Origin: Candidatus Micrarchaeota archaeon UBA95
GTDB taxonomy: Archaea; Micrarchaeota; Micrarchaeia; Norongarragalinales; Norongarragalinaceae
Length of the DNA stretch: 52,844 nt
Assembly: GCA_002499405.1 (NCBI GenBank)
Contig: DALH01000012.1
Coordinates: 1 to 52,844, forward strand
Direction: 5' to 3'
This document shows, piece after piece, positions 36,801 to 45,501 of the stretch. The position numbers were made by a program, and so were the translations under genes. Each line of letters starts with the position of its first letter. The stretch's first letter is position 1. The notes under the pieces were generated by a model. It saw only the letters and a list, made by a program, of their open reading frames with translations, did no database searches and was not told the origin of the DNA.

Positions 36801-39800
36801 GCACGAAACCTTGATGAACGCCGTCTTGGAGAAAGCCGAGCCGCTGGACTCAAGCACTGAGTTGAACACGAGATAGCACTCACCGTAACGAGTGGACTCC
36901 AAAAATATTTGCGTGTCGCCCAAGCCCTTAATTGAAAAAGAGTAATCGTTTTGCCCCACGGGTTTTATGCTGGGGCCGCTCAACGAGGCGCACGCAGTCC
37001 CCGAGAACGAGGCACGCACCTCAACCTCGGACTCCAACAGGTTTTCAACGCGGAGGGAAGCGCCGTCGCAATCCAGTTCAATGCTTCCGGGGTCGGGGTA
37101 AAACTCCAGCCAGTCAAACGCCTTCACGGCCACTTCCACGACCGCGTCGTTGAAGCCCGGCTTGCTTGCAACCACTTCTATTACTCCGGGCGCGCTCGGC
37201 CTCAACCCCTTGAACTTGTATTTGCCTTCTTCTCCCGAGTCGCGCGAGCCGTCGCCGAGAACGTAGTAGTCGCCGTTGGGCGACGAGCCGAACGAATAAC
37301 CCTCCACCTCAACTATTTCAACTCGCGCGTCCTCCACGGCTGCGCCGCTCTTTGAAGCCAAGGTCGCAACCAAGTCGGTTCTCTGCCCCGTTCTCAACTC
37401 GTCGGGCTTGACCGCGAACACGAATTCACCCTTGCCCGTAATCGTGACAAATCGCTGGGCGCGCAGCAATTCGCCGTCGGAGTCGCCGAGCACGAAGTCA
37501 AGGCGCGCGTAATCAGATGGAATGCCCGCAATTGCCTTGACCGCAAAGAAGTCCCTGCCCAGTTCATCCAACGCAAGGTTGACGGTGAACTCGCCGGACT
37601 CCACTTCCTTGGAGGAATTGTTTTTGAGGACTTCCGTGAAAATCACTTGGCCGTCGGCCGCTGAAACCTTGACGTAGGGGGAAGAAACGCTTTTGAATAC
37701 GCGGGCCTGAACGCTCGCCGCGAACTCGTGGTCCACTTCCACGGGCAGCCCGTTGGAAAGCAGTTGGTTGCTGGTTGACAACGCTATTGCGAGGCAGGCG
37801 TCGTCGTTGCAGGTCGCCGAACCCGAAACAACTTCAAAAGAGGTTTCCTCGGTTAGGGCGCGGCACGCCTGCCTGCCGGAAACCGATTCCTCGGACCCGA
37901 GGTCCGGGTCTTCGGGCGCGCGGAACCAGTAGCCGCCCTTCTCCGCAAAAGCGCGGTAATCAAAGGAAACGCTTCCCTTCGCGGAGGGCTTGACGAATAC
38001 TTTTGCGGAAAGCGTGCGCACGCCGAACCCTCCCTCAAACTCTAATTGAACCCATTTGTATTCTTCTGCGTAGTCCGCGACCTCGTCCGAACACGAGTAA
38101 TCGGGCTCGTAAGCGTCGCCCTTGATGACAACCACTTCGGCTCCCCCGGGTTCGTTCCACGAAACAAGTACTGCCTGCGATTCGTCGGCTCCGCCGTCGC
38201 CTCCGGCACGCAAAACAAATCCGCTACTGTCAGCTCCCGAAGGCAGGCTGACTGTGAGCAGGGCGCGGTAGTAGTTCCCCTTTTCAATGAATTCCACGGG
38301 TTCCAGCGTTACCGCGTCCACCAACTCAAACGAGATTATCTGGAGTTCGTCCGAGTAACTCGCGGGCACGAGCTTCAACGTCTTCGCCGCCTCCTGTCCC
38401 GTCCCCAAAACAATGGGTTCGGACTCAAACTCGGAGTATTGCTCGTCGGAAACCTTCAAAACCACGGGCTTGTTGGCGCGAACCTTCAACTTGCACGAAA
38501 CGTTCGTGGAACCCGCCCCAGTCCTGCACGAGGAAATCTTTTCGTCGTCTAGGAACGCCTCCACTTCCACGGCCACGTTGCGGCGCGGTTGCTGGGTGGC
38601 GTCCACCGCGTCCACCTTCAAGTAAGCGTAAGTCGGCTCCAGCCAAATTGTTGACTCCGCCTCCTCGGAAACCGAAACCTTGAAGGCGTCGCCCTCCCCC
38701 GAAGCCGAGCCCTTGCGCGCGATTGCGCGGAACTCCGACAAGGGAAGCAATTCAAACAATGCAGAGCCGTCGTCCAGGGTTTCCGCGTCGGGAACCCCGG
38801 AATTAAAGCCGTCGCTGGTGAGCAAAGAAACGCGCGCAAAAGGGACGCGGTCCCCCTCGGGGTCGAGCACGAGGACGCGGGCAACGCCGTTGTTTCCGGG
38901 AACCGTTTTCTCGAGCGTGACTGTGAGGGTATCGCCCGCGAGAACGCTTTTCTCCAGGTGTGGGAGGAACCCTTGCGCGAACACCGTCAAATAACCGGTC
39001 GTGCCCTCGGCGACCTCCATTTCCGCGAGCCCGAAATCGTTGGTTTCCGCGGAAGCCAGAAGGTTGAGCGGGTTCTCCAAGGAATAAAGCATTACCTGCG
39101 CATTCCCGATTTCGCCTCCCTCCTCGTCTGCGGCAGCAATCGTTATCGTGCGCGTGCTCGCCACCCCTTTTTCCTCGAGGTTGACGCGGAACTCTATTCC
39201 GCCGACCAGAATCGTTTGCACGTTGTCAAAGCCGGGGTACCCCCAATAACTCGTGTCCTCCGGCGAAACCGATACGTAAACCCTGGTTCCGACCGCGACC
39301 CCTTCAAAGAAGGCGACTCCGTCCCCGCCCGAAACGCGCTCGTCCAACAACTGGCCCGTTGAAGCATCAAACAGGGATGCCCTTGCGCGCGCGCCTTCGC
39401 CGCTCGGCTCCTTCACGAAGACGAGAACCGAGGCAGTTGCCTCCATTTTCCCGCCTTCGTCTGTTGGCGTGGTCTGCTCGGCCTTCAACTCTATGAAGCA
39501 CGTTCCCTGCGAGGCAAAACACGTCTTCTTTTCTTCCACGAAGCCCTTGCGCCTGACCGTCAACTTGAATATTTCCGTGCCGTCCTCGAACTCCAGGAAC
39601 GCGGAGCCGCTCGCGTCCGTGGACTCCTCCACCTGTTCGCCAGTGTTTGGGTCGGAGAAAAGCAGGACCGCGCCGCTCAACGCGTCTCCATCCGGGTTGG
39701 CGACGGTCACCGTCAACTTCGGCTTTTCAATTGTTTCCGGTGAAAGCGTTACCTGCTTCAACAAAACGTTTGCCCCCTCCTCAAGAACGAGTTCGAACTC

Positions 39801-40205
39801 GGAGGCAAACAACTCGAACCCCTCCAATGACACGCGCACGCTGGCGCCCGCACCTTCGGGCAGGCCGTCGAAGCGCGCCGTGCCCGACGCGTCCGTAATC
39901 CTTTCAACTGACTCGTCGCCGTAGTAAAGCGTTACCAGCGCGCCCTGCAGGGGCGAGCCGTTGCTCGAGGAAACCGTTACCTGGACGGGCACGCCAGACG
40001 GCGCCAGAAGCAGGGCCGAGAGGCCGCCGAGCACGAGGAGGGCGAGGAGCGCCGCAATCGGAAACGATGGAATGCCGCTTTTCTCCACAGGGGTAATAAA
40101 CCAGTCGTAAACCCTTGCGCCGCGCTCCTGAAACCAGTCCATCAAAGAGTAATATTTCTCTTCCAACGAGAAGTAAAATCCCCGCAATCCGCCTTCTTCG
40201 CTCAT
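33885..40205 (-). CDS. giant (2106 aa) N-terminally anchored surface protein with CarboxypepD_reg/Ig-like repeats and Cys-rich modules
   Basis: N-terminal TM helix IPSFPIAALLALLVLGGLSALLLAP. It has repeated V.V...G.PL.GA.V.L......TDASG.A.F..L..G units. The C-terminal third is Cys-rich. Its 3' end overlaps the rtcB 3' end by 11 nt. Confidence 0.8.
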   Translation of the reverse strand: MSEEGGLRGFYFSLEEKYYSLMDWFQERGARVYDWFITPVEKSGIPSFPIAALLALLVLGGLSALLLAPSGVPVQVTVSSSNGSPLQGALVTLYYGDESVERITDASGTARFDGLPEGAGASVRVSLEGFELFASEFELVLEEGANVLLKQVTLSPETIEKPKLTVTVANPDGDALSGAVLLFSDPNTGEQVEESTDASGSAFLEFEDGTEIFKLTVRRKGFVEEKKTCFASQGTCFIELKAEQTTPTDEGGKMEATASVLVFVKEPSGEGARARASLFDASTGQLLDERVSGGDGVAFFEGVAVGTRVYVSVSPEDTSYWGYPGFDNVQTILVGGIEFRVNLEEKGVASTRTITIAAADEEGGEIGNAQVMLYSLENPLNLLASAETNDFGLAEMEVAEGTTGYLTVFAQGFLPHLEKSVLAGDTLTVTLEKTVPGNNGVARVLVLDPEGDRVPFARVSLLTSDGFNSGVPDAETLDDGSALFELLPLSEFRAIARKGSASGEGDAFKVSVSEEAESTIWLEPTYAYLKVDAVDATQQPRRNVAVEVEAFLDDEKISSCRTGAGSTNVSCKLKVRANKPVVLKVSDEQYSEFESEPIVLGTGQEAAKTLKLVPASYSDELQIISFELVDAVTLEPVEFIEKGNYYRALLTVSLPSGADSSGFVLRAGGDGGADESQAVLVSWNEPGGAEVVVIKGDAYEPDYSCSDEVADYAEEYKWVQLEFEGGFGVRTLSAKVFVKPSAKGSVSFDYRAFAEKGGYWFRAPEDPDLGSEESVSGRQACRALTEETSFEVVSGSATCNDDACLAIALSTSNQLLSNGLPVEVDHEFAASVQARVFKSVSSPYVKVSAADGQVIFTEVLKNNSSKEVESGEFTVNLALDELGRDFFAVKAIAGIPSDYARLDFVLGDSDGELLRAQRFVTITGKGEFVFAVKPDELRTGQRTDLVATLASKSGAAVEDARVEIVEVEGYSFGSSPNGDYYVLGDGSRDSGEEGKYKFKGLRPSAPGVIEVVASKPGFNDAVVEVAVKAFDWLEFYPDPGSIELDCDGASLRVENLLESEVEVRASFSGTACASLSGPSIKPVGQNDYSFSIKGLGDTQIFLESTRYGECYLVFNSVLESSGSAFSKTAFIKVSCAELKPEVNASENCSSANCGACNEAQCLNLMEKGDYCYPEYSILPDGNYSFVSCELNKTTAGLEEYECSAEHCALCTEAECLELQAEGECLAQYANYFNGSRVYSSCTQFSAEECEPANFNFASILARRLAQYHANQLFNPSETSSYIASTADNYIVVSPYGLQVSAGGEGCSGTTSLTCTKEISALIPTNGIAFSVKNSFGQDTQIFLKGGTGTCFKLVDLERDRPTLRSLVTNLVDLGSQALMLPANQYRTYALIFDPSEKGCMDFVYESDGRLTLAHSEPWTIELKVSTSGLSSREVKIRFTVKEDESLSELGLILMPLGGEIVYRNPSAREPVLAANNVQTGGEDATFTVSGEGLSNQMVLEPLGWDYAELKAGEDGLVAIKRGVDEVGQAHFEASKAGPDYYIADVVGNPGAVESGLLRCSRTGYCTPTELEDVKQEIERVVNDAYQEFYEGLDKVDEASLVTGTADMFEKALDDAIADYVAAKVTYEACKAIGRDPLEQLKLSCSAELTTVQETGTSFGDIYGDAFQFTTCNSQLFNYLVGSSQQYGPQFWASFKTGLKGMLTPREGTLQHLEPIIDLSDLKVIVPVKVSGETVKSGEAGGIRLLTFQFDPANAFGGGTNDWVLVDQIDGTPWNEVYETSLTGPSKTNIANLFLDAFGYSGTDFPSFTSLPYPFVKESGEMDWDEFSSPNLLTINKYGFDWGKAFDFERDEQSIAGEGKALIKAVATSDPKGKVYLQLKDGRLFYGDEAEPLLKYFLFEGEGAPCLIEFNEDYTEAWCGGAPDAAPEEEREPEQSADFEECLEKVGDDPRKMVECLPYIIGLNFKLCTKTEQCKPSETCASFYDDLQKFCYTPRSLKAGDYCVPLQIKQDEDFPFSSGSESQANLCGPHSTCAWSSRKGDPNEKLFHCINAYQKEANDECLQVRSSDYEGFLKHPGISECRQSYLGCTCLADSSSSTGYSCQWASP

Positions 40206-40241
40206 GAATAAAATAAGGTTCCCCTAACTATAAATATTGTA

Positions 40242-40682
40242 ATGAACGCGTTGCAACACTTGTTGGCGGGGGTTTTGGCGGGAGCGGTGGCGCTCGTCCT
40301 GCTCGGCGAGCCGTTCACGCTTCCGGCCGCGGCAGTGATAGCAATGGGCGCGTTGCTGCCGGACGCGGACCACCACAAGACCCGGATGTTTCAAGCCGTC
40401 TCCCTGGCAATCGGAATCGGCGCCTTCTTCCTCTCCAAACCAGTGATGCAGCAACGATTCGGGGAGTTCAACGGCGGAATCGCTTCGCTCTGCATCGGGC
40501 TCGCCGGCACTGCGTTGTTCCGGTTGCTGAAACCAAAACACCGCGGAATAACGCACACCGTGTTCGCCGCCGCGCTCTACGCCGCAATCACTTGCTTTTT
40601 GTCCACGCCGCAACTCGCGTTGGCGGGCTTCGCTGCCTACGCCTCGCACCTCGTTGCAGACGGCCACGTCAAGATGATTTGA
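40242..40682 (+). CDS. membrane-bound metal-dependent hydrolase, YdjM/DUF457 family
   Basis: LLPDADHHKT, KHRGITHT and SHLVADG motifs sit within a 4-TM protein. Confidence 0.65.
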   Translation: MNALQHLLAGVLAGAVALVLLGEPFTLPAAAVIAMGALLPDADHHKTRMFQAVSLAIGIGAFFLSKPVMQQRFGEFNGGIASLCIGLAGTALFRLLKPKHRGITHTVFAAALYAAITCFLSTPQLALAGFAAYASHLVADGHVKMI

Positions 40683-40728
40683 GTTGTTGGGGAAAGCAAT
40701 TTTATTCGCTGGCGCGGTTTGATAACTC

Positions 40729-42450
40729 ATGCTTTTCTCCCTGGTCGCCGAAACCTTTCTTGACCTGGAAAAAACGAGTTCGCGGTTGGAGACCACGGCA
40801 AAACTCGCCGGGCTGTTCAGGAAAGTGTCGGGAAGCGAAGCCAAGCAAACAATTTACTTCCTGCAGGGAATAGTCGCTCCCCCCTACCACGGCGTGGACC
40901 TCGGCGTAGCCGAAAAACTATGCGAACAGGCGATAATGAAGGCGTCGGGTTGCAAGCCGGCCGAGGTAACCCAGTTGTACAGGAAGACGGGCGACCTCGG
41001 CGAAGCCGCGCGAATCCTGCTGGAAAAAAAGAGCCAGCAAACCCTCGCCAAAAACAAATTAACAATTTCAAAGGTTTACGACAACCTTTACAAGACGGCG
41101 ACCTCTTCGGGCGCGGGAAGCCAGGACAGGAAAATCGGTTTGTTGTCCGAATTGTTGTCGCACGCCTCGCCCGCGGAGGTCAAGATAATAACGCGGTTCG
41201 TTGCAGGCACGACCCGCCTCGGCACCGGCGACGCGACCATAATTGACGCATTGTCCTACGTTTACTCCGCAGCCGAGAAGAAGGATGCGAGCAAGGCAAT
41301 AGCGCGCGCCTACAACCTCTCGTCCGACCTCGGCTCAATAGCTGAAAAACTCGCCGAAAACGGGTTGAAAGCAGTGGAAGGCGCCAGACCCGAGCCATTC
41401 AACCCCGTGCGGCCAGCGCTCGCCGAACGCTTGAATTCGGCCGAGGAAATCATCGCGAAACTGGGGCCGTGCAAGGCGGACGGCAAATACGACGGCATGC
41501 GCCTCCAAATCCATTCGGACGGCAAACGCGTGGAAATCTATTCGCGCAAGCAGGAAGTCGTGACGCACATGTTCCCCGACGTGGCCCGGGAGGTTGCTTC
41601 GTGGAAGAAGAAAATCATTTTTGAAGGCGAAGCCGTGGGCTACAAGGACGGCGCGTTCCTCTCCTTCCAGGAAACCATTCAGCGCAGGCGCAAGCACGGC
41701 ATAAAAAAGAAGTCGGAGGACGTACCAATCCGCGTCTACGCATTCGAGTTATTGTATTTGGGCGGGGAAGACTACACCTTGAAGCCCTACGAGGAAAGGA
41801 GGAAGGCCCTGGAAAAAAGCGTTGGAGGAAAAACCGTAAGGATAGCCGAAGCCGTGGACTGCGGGACTGCAGGGGACCTCAAAAAATTCTTTGACGAATG
41901 CGTTTCGCTGGGCCTGGAAGGCGTGATTGCAAAGGACCTGGAAGCGCCCTACGTTGCCGGAGCCCGCAAATTCGCGTGGATCAAGTTGAAGAAGTCTTAT
42001 TCCGAGGCGTTGGCGGACACCGTGGACGCCGTGGTCGTCGGCTATTATTACGGGAAGGGCAAGCGAACCAAATTCGGTTTCGGGGGGCTGCTCGCCGCCG
42101 TGAAAGCCGGGCAAGAATACCGCACCGTCGCGAAAATCGGTACCGGATTCACCGAAGAACAATTGGACTGGTTCAGGAAAACCTTGGAAAAACAAAAAGT
42201 CAAGCAAAAACCGGCGAACGTTGACTCGCTCGTGGAAGCCGACGAGTGGGTCAAGCCCTCCCTCGTCGTGGAAGTGAAAGCCGACGAGATAACCCGCAGC
42301 CCCGTGCACACCTGCGCCATGAAGGACAAGGAGGGTTTGGCGCTTCGCTTCCCGCGCCTCGTGAGAATACGCGTAGACAAGTCGCCGGCCCAAGCAACCA
42401 CGGAAAAAGAAGTAATCCAACTATTTGAAAAACAACGTCAATCAACGTAA
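40729..42450 (+). CDS. lig: ATP-dependent DNA ligase
   Basis: Adenylation motif I is KADGKYDGMRLQIH (K-x-DG-x-R). Motifs III-VI are FEGEAV, LLYLGGED and WIKLK. 573 aa. Confidence 0.92.
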   Translation: MLFSLVAETFLDLEKTSSRLETTAKLAGLFRKVSGSEAKQTIYFLQGIVAPPYHGVDLGVAEKLCEQAIMKASGCKPAEVTQLYRKTGDLGEAARILLEKKSQQTLAKNKLTISKVYDNLYKTATSSGAGSQDRKIGLLSELLSHASPAEVKIITRFVAGTTRLGTGDATIIDALSYVYSAAEKKDASKAIARAYNLSSDLGSIAEKLAENGLKAVEGARPEPFNPVRPALAERLNSAEEIIAKLGPCKADGKYDGMRLQIHSDGKRVEIYSRKQEVVTHMFPDVAREVASWKKKIIFEGEAVGYKDGAFLSFQETIQRRRKHGIKKKSEDVPIRVYAFELLYLGGEDYTLKPYEERRKALEKSVGGKTVRIAEAVDCGTAGDLKKFFDECVSLGLEGVIAKDLEAPYVAGARKFAWIKLKKSYSEALADTVDAVVVGYYYGKGKRTKFGFGGLLAAVKAGQEYRTVAKIGTGFTEEQLDWFRKTLEKQKVKQKPANVDSLVEADEWVKPSLVVEVKADEITRSPVHTCAMKDKEGLALRFPRLVRIRVDKSPAQATTEKEVIQLFEKQRQST

Positions 42451-42519
42451 AACGCATCGTTAATAAAGGTTGTCAAAATACATAGCATTACATCCATCAT
42501 TGGAGGTGCATGGAGAAAA

Positions 42520-42867
42520 ATGGCTAAGGAAGCAAATGCAATAGGCCCGTGGGCGTTTCTCGCGGGTATCGTAATAGCGCTCCTGGCGGCGTTCGTAACC
42601 GGTATGGATTCGACCATATTGCTGGTCTTGACAGTCCTCGGTTTGATAGTGGGAATCCTCAACGTTGGGGACAGCGAAGTGCTCAAGTTCCTGGTGGGAA
42701 CCATCGCGTTCATCGTGGCAGGCAGCAGCCTCAACCCGATTTTCGTGATAATCCCCGGAGTGGGAATCCAGCTCGCAATGGCAATGACCTACTTGGTGAC
42801 CTTCGTGTCGCCAGCAGCGGCGGTAGTCGCAATCAAGGCCATCTACGACGTTTCAAAAGACCGCTGA
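42520..42867 (+). CDS. small integral membrane protein, hypothetical
   Basis: Four hydrophobic helices, with a T-rich tract downstream (42881..42905). Confidence 0.55.
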   Translation: MAKEANAIGPWAFLAGIVIALLAAFVTGMDSTILLVLTVLGLIVGILNVGDSEVLKFLVGTIAFIVAGSSLNPIFVIIPGVGIQLAMAMTYLVTFVSPAAAVVAIKAIYDVSKDR

Positions 42868-42943
42868 AAAACGGCTTTCCCACCTTTTTTTCTTCTTCTT
42901 TCTTTTCAACCCTTTACGCCGGCGACTATCATACGGAAAAATT

Positions 42944-43861
42944 CTAGCCCTTCACGCCTGCGATTATCAACGGGAACGCAATGGTCGCGTCGCATTGAAC
43001 GCACGCCGTGGCCGCCTTTTCCTTGACCTTGCCCCACGAAACTGCCTCGTTCACGCGCGCCCCGCTCAACGAGCCGTCGAACGGCGTTGCAGTGGTAACG
43101 TAAACCGCGTAATCCAGTCCGCCCCGCAACAGGTTCGCGCCGATGCAGAAGTGTTTTGCCGCGCCCCCGCCGAGCAGGATTCCCCCCGTCTTTTCGGCTG
43201 AGAGAACAATTGGCGCCAACTGTTTCATGTCGCCGGCCGCGTCAACTCCGAACTCGGGGTGCTCCTGCGAGTAAAAAAACATTTGCAAGCCGAACGCGCC
43301 GTCCGTTGGCGAAGGGCACGCCACCGGTATCCTGTTCCTTGCGGCCCAGTAAACAAACGAGTTCTCGTCGCTCATTGTCAAGCCGAGGTCGCGAATCAAT
43401 TCGTTGGGCGCGAGCAGTCGGCCAAACTCCTTCTGCTTGGCGAGTTCCGCGTCAAAAAACGGCTTCAAGTTTTTTTCAAGCAACTCGTAGTGCCCGTTCT
43501 TGACGAGCACGTCCCCTATCCGGTTCGTGCCCTCTTCATGCAATGCAACGTCGTCCGCGTTAAACGAGCCCAGTTCGAAGGGCGCAAAACACTTCATGTA
43601 GTCCTCTTCCACGGAGCCGATGCTGGTAACGATTACGTCCACGAATTTTTCGCGGCAAAGCTGCGCGAACAACTCGCGGAGGCCCGACGAAACCATGTTT
43701 GAAGTGAACGACAGGAAAACCGTTGCCTGATTTTCCTTCATCTCCTTCACAACTTCAACTGCCTTGGCGAGTTCGCGCGCCTGAAACCCGACGCCCTTGA
43801 AACCCTTGACGAGTTCCGCTGCTGAAACGCCTTTTTCCACGGTCAAACCTTCAACGTTCAT
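42944..43861 (-). CDS. dys: deoxyhypusine synthase
   Basis: GGGAAKHFCIGANLLRGGLDYAVYVTTATPFDGSLSGARVNEAVSWGKV contains the catalytic-Lys region (SWGK), and the N-terminal NAD-binding pattern is typical of DHS. Confidence 0.9.
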   Translation of the reverse strand: MNVEGLTVEKGVSAAELVKGFKGVGFQARELAKAVEVVKEMKENQATVFLSFTSNMVSSGLRELFAQLCREKFVDVIVTSIGSVEEDYMKCFAPFELGSFNADDVALHEEGTNRIGDVLVKNGHYELLEKNLKPFFDAELAKQKEFGRLLAPNELIRDLGLTMSDENSFVYWAARNRIPVACPSPTDGAFGLQMFFYSQEHPEFGVDAAGDMKQLAPIVLSAEKTGGILLGGGAAKHFCIGANLLRGGLDYAVYVTTATPFDGSLSGARVNEAVSWGKVKEKAATACVQCDATIAFPLIIAGVKG

Positions 43862-44735
43862 CAGTCCTGTTCACCGTCCTCGCAACGCTTTTGGTTGCCT
43901 TGAACCTTTTCACCAGCCATTTCTCCACCTTTCCTGAATCAAATTCCTTGCACGAAAACAAGTCCACGTGCGCGCTGCCGAACCGCGGGTACGTGTGCAC
44001 GCTGGCGTGGCTCTCCTTCAGGAAAACAAATCCCGTAAGGCCTTCGTCGCGTTTTTCCTTGACCCGCACCACATGCGGCTCGCCCAACGCGCGCATCCCC
44101 GCCTTTCCAGGCGCGAGTTCAAGCGTGCGGTAAACAAATTCAAAGTCGTCCAAGAGCCAGGGCGCGCAGTCGTACAAGTCCAACAACAAGTGGTGGCCTT
44201 GCGAGCCCGGCAGCGCTTCAAGAAAGCGCGGCGCCAGCAAATTCACCAACTGGTAACCGGCGTCAAAACAAATCAAGGCGAGGAAGTAAGCCCATTCGCC
44301 CGTCCAAATGCTCACGCCGAGCGCGCCCAAGTCAAGCAACAGCCGGTGGCGCCCGACGAAGGAGAGCACGGGAACGCGCCTCCCCTCCAGGAAATCGTTT
44401 AGCGCCTCGTCCGCGAAACCGAATGCAACCAGCGCGCCGAGAACCACGAAATCAATTGGTGGAACGCCCCAGAACGCGAGCGCCAAAAACAATGCCGCCA
44501 AAGCGTATTGGTGGGCGCGCCTTTCAATTTTGGCTCCCAGAAGCACGCCTATTGTAACCGCGATTACGACGGTTGCGAGGGGCGTTGAACGCGTAATCAA
44601 ATAGCCAGCGCCGAAGCCGTACAAAAAGCCGGTCACGTACTGGAAGTGCTTGTAAACGAAGAGTTTTTCGTCAACCTGCCAGTCGGTCAACTTCGTCAAA
44701 AAGCCGGTTGCAAAACACAGTAGGTATTCCAACAT
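43851..44735 (-). CDS. speH: fusion of an N-terminal polytopic membrane domain (~175 aa) with pyruvoyl-dependent S-adenosylmethionine decarboxylase (SpeH-type)
   Basis: The C-terminal ~115 aa read GHHLLLDLYDC...GLTGFVFLKESHASVHTYPRFGSAHVDLFSC, which carries the E-S self-cleavage site of class 1 AdoMetDC. The N-terminal part has 5-6 hydrophobic helices. The gene overlaps dys by 11 nt. Confidence 0.75.
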   Translation of the reverse strand: MLEYLLCFATGFLTKLTDWQVDEKLFVYKHFQYVTGFLYGFGAGYLITRSTPLATVVIAVTIGVLLGAKIERRAHQYALAALFLALAFWGVPPIDFVVLGALVAFGFADEALNDFLEGRRVPVLSFVGRHRLLLDLGALGVSIWTGEWAYFLALICFDAGYQLVNLLAPRFLEALPGSQGHHLLLDLYDCAPWLLDDFEFVYRTLELAPGKAGMRALGEPHVVRVKEKRDEGLTGFVFLKESHASVHTYPRFGSAHVDLFSCKEFDSGKVEKWLVKRFKATKSVARTVNRTDER

Positions 44736-44823
44736 TCGTTCACCAAGTCAAGGCGTTCGCTGCACGAAAATCAGGGACAATCCTTTTTCGCGAAACGCAT
44801 GACAACAAAATGAACGAAGCGGT

Positions 44824-45447
44824 TTAAAACCGTAGCGCAAGCAACACCAGGAACAACGCCCACAACGCGTTCAGGGTGCTGTTGCCTAACGCCTTGTTCA
44901 AGAGGTAGAGGATTTTTGACGCCAGCAGGAGCGCCAGCCAGGGAACGAAGAAAAAGACGAGGACGACCTTGTCAACCACGCTGCCGGAAGTCAGCTTTTT
45001 TGCGGGCCAAACCAGCAACGCCTCGTAAAAGTTCTTGAAGTCCACCCAGCTCGGCAGCGCCGTGAAGGCAAGCGAGCATGCAACGTATAACAGGAGCAAT
45101 CCGATTGCCCCGAATTGCATCAAGCCAAAAGAGGACTCAAACAAGGCGAGCGCAAGAAAACTCGACAAGAACAAGGGCGCGAAATGGACGAGGGCAAGGG
45201 ACCAGATTGACGTTTTCCGGCGGTCGTATTCAAAGGAAACGTAGCCGAGATAATCCCCCCGTAAGGAGAACCACACCACTTTCCTGGGGGTCAAGCCGGC
45301 GGCGAGCACGGCAAGGTAGTGCGCGAACTCGTGGAGCACGGCCCCAGGAAAAACAAACAAGGCGTAAGCGTAAAACGCCAAAATTTTTCCCTCAAAAGCG
45401 TTGACGGTTCCAACGCGCGCCTCAACCATTTCCCCGCTTTCAATCAT
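44824..45447 (-). CDS. membrane protein with HExxH motif (DUF3267-like putative zinc metallopeptidase)
   Basis: AVLHEFAHYLAV is followed by 4 TM helices. Confidence 0.45.
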   Translation of the reverse strand: MIESGEMVEARVGTVNAFEGKILAFYAYALFVFPGAVLHEFAHYLAVLAAGLTPRKVVWFSLRGDYLGYVSFEYDRRKTSIWSLALVHFAPLFLSSFLALALFESSFGLMQFGAIGLLLLYVACSLAFTALPSWVDFKNFYEALLVWPAKKLTSGSVVDKVVLVFFFVPWLALLLASKILYLLNKALGNSTLNALWALFLVLLALRF

Positions 45448-45501
45448 TGAATAAACAACGGGGGAAAGCGTTTAAACCGTTTTCTCCGTAATTAAAACCA
45501 A

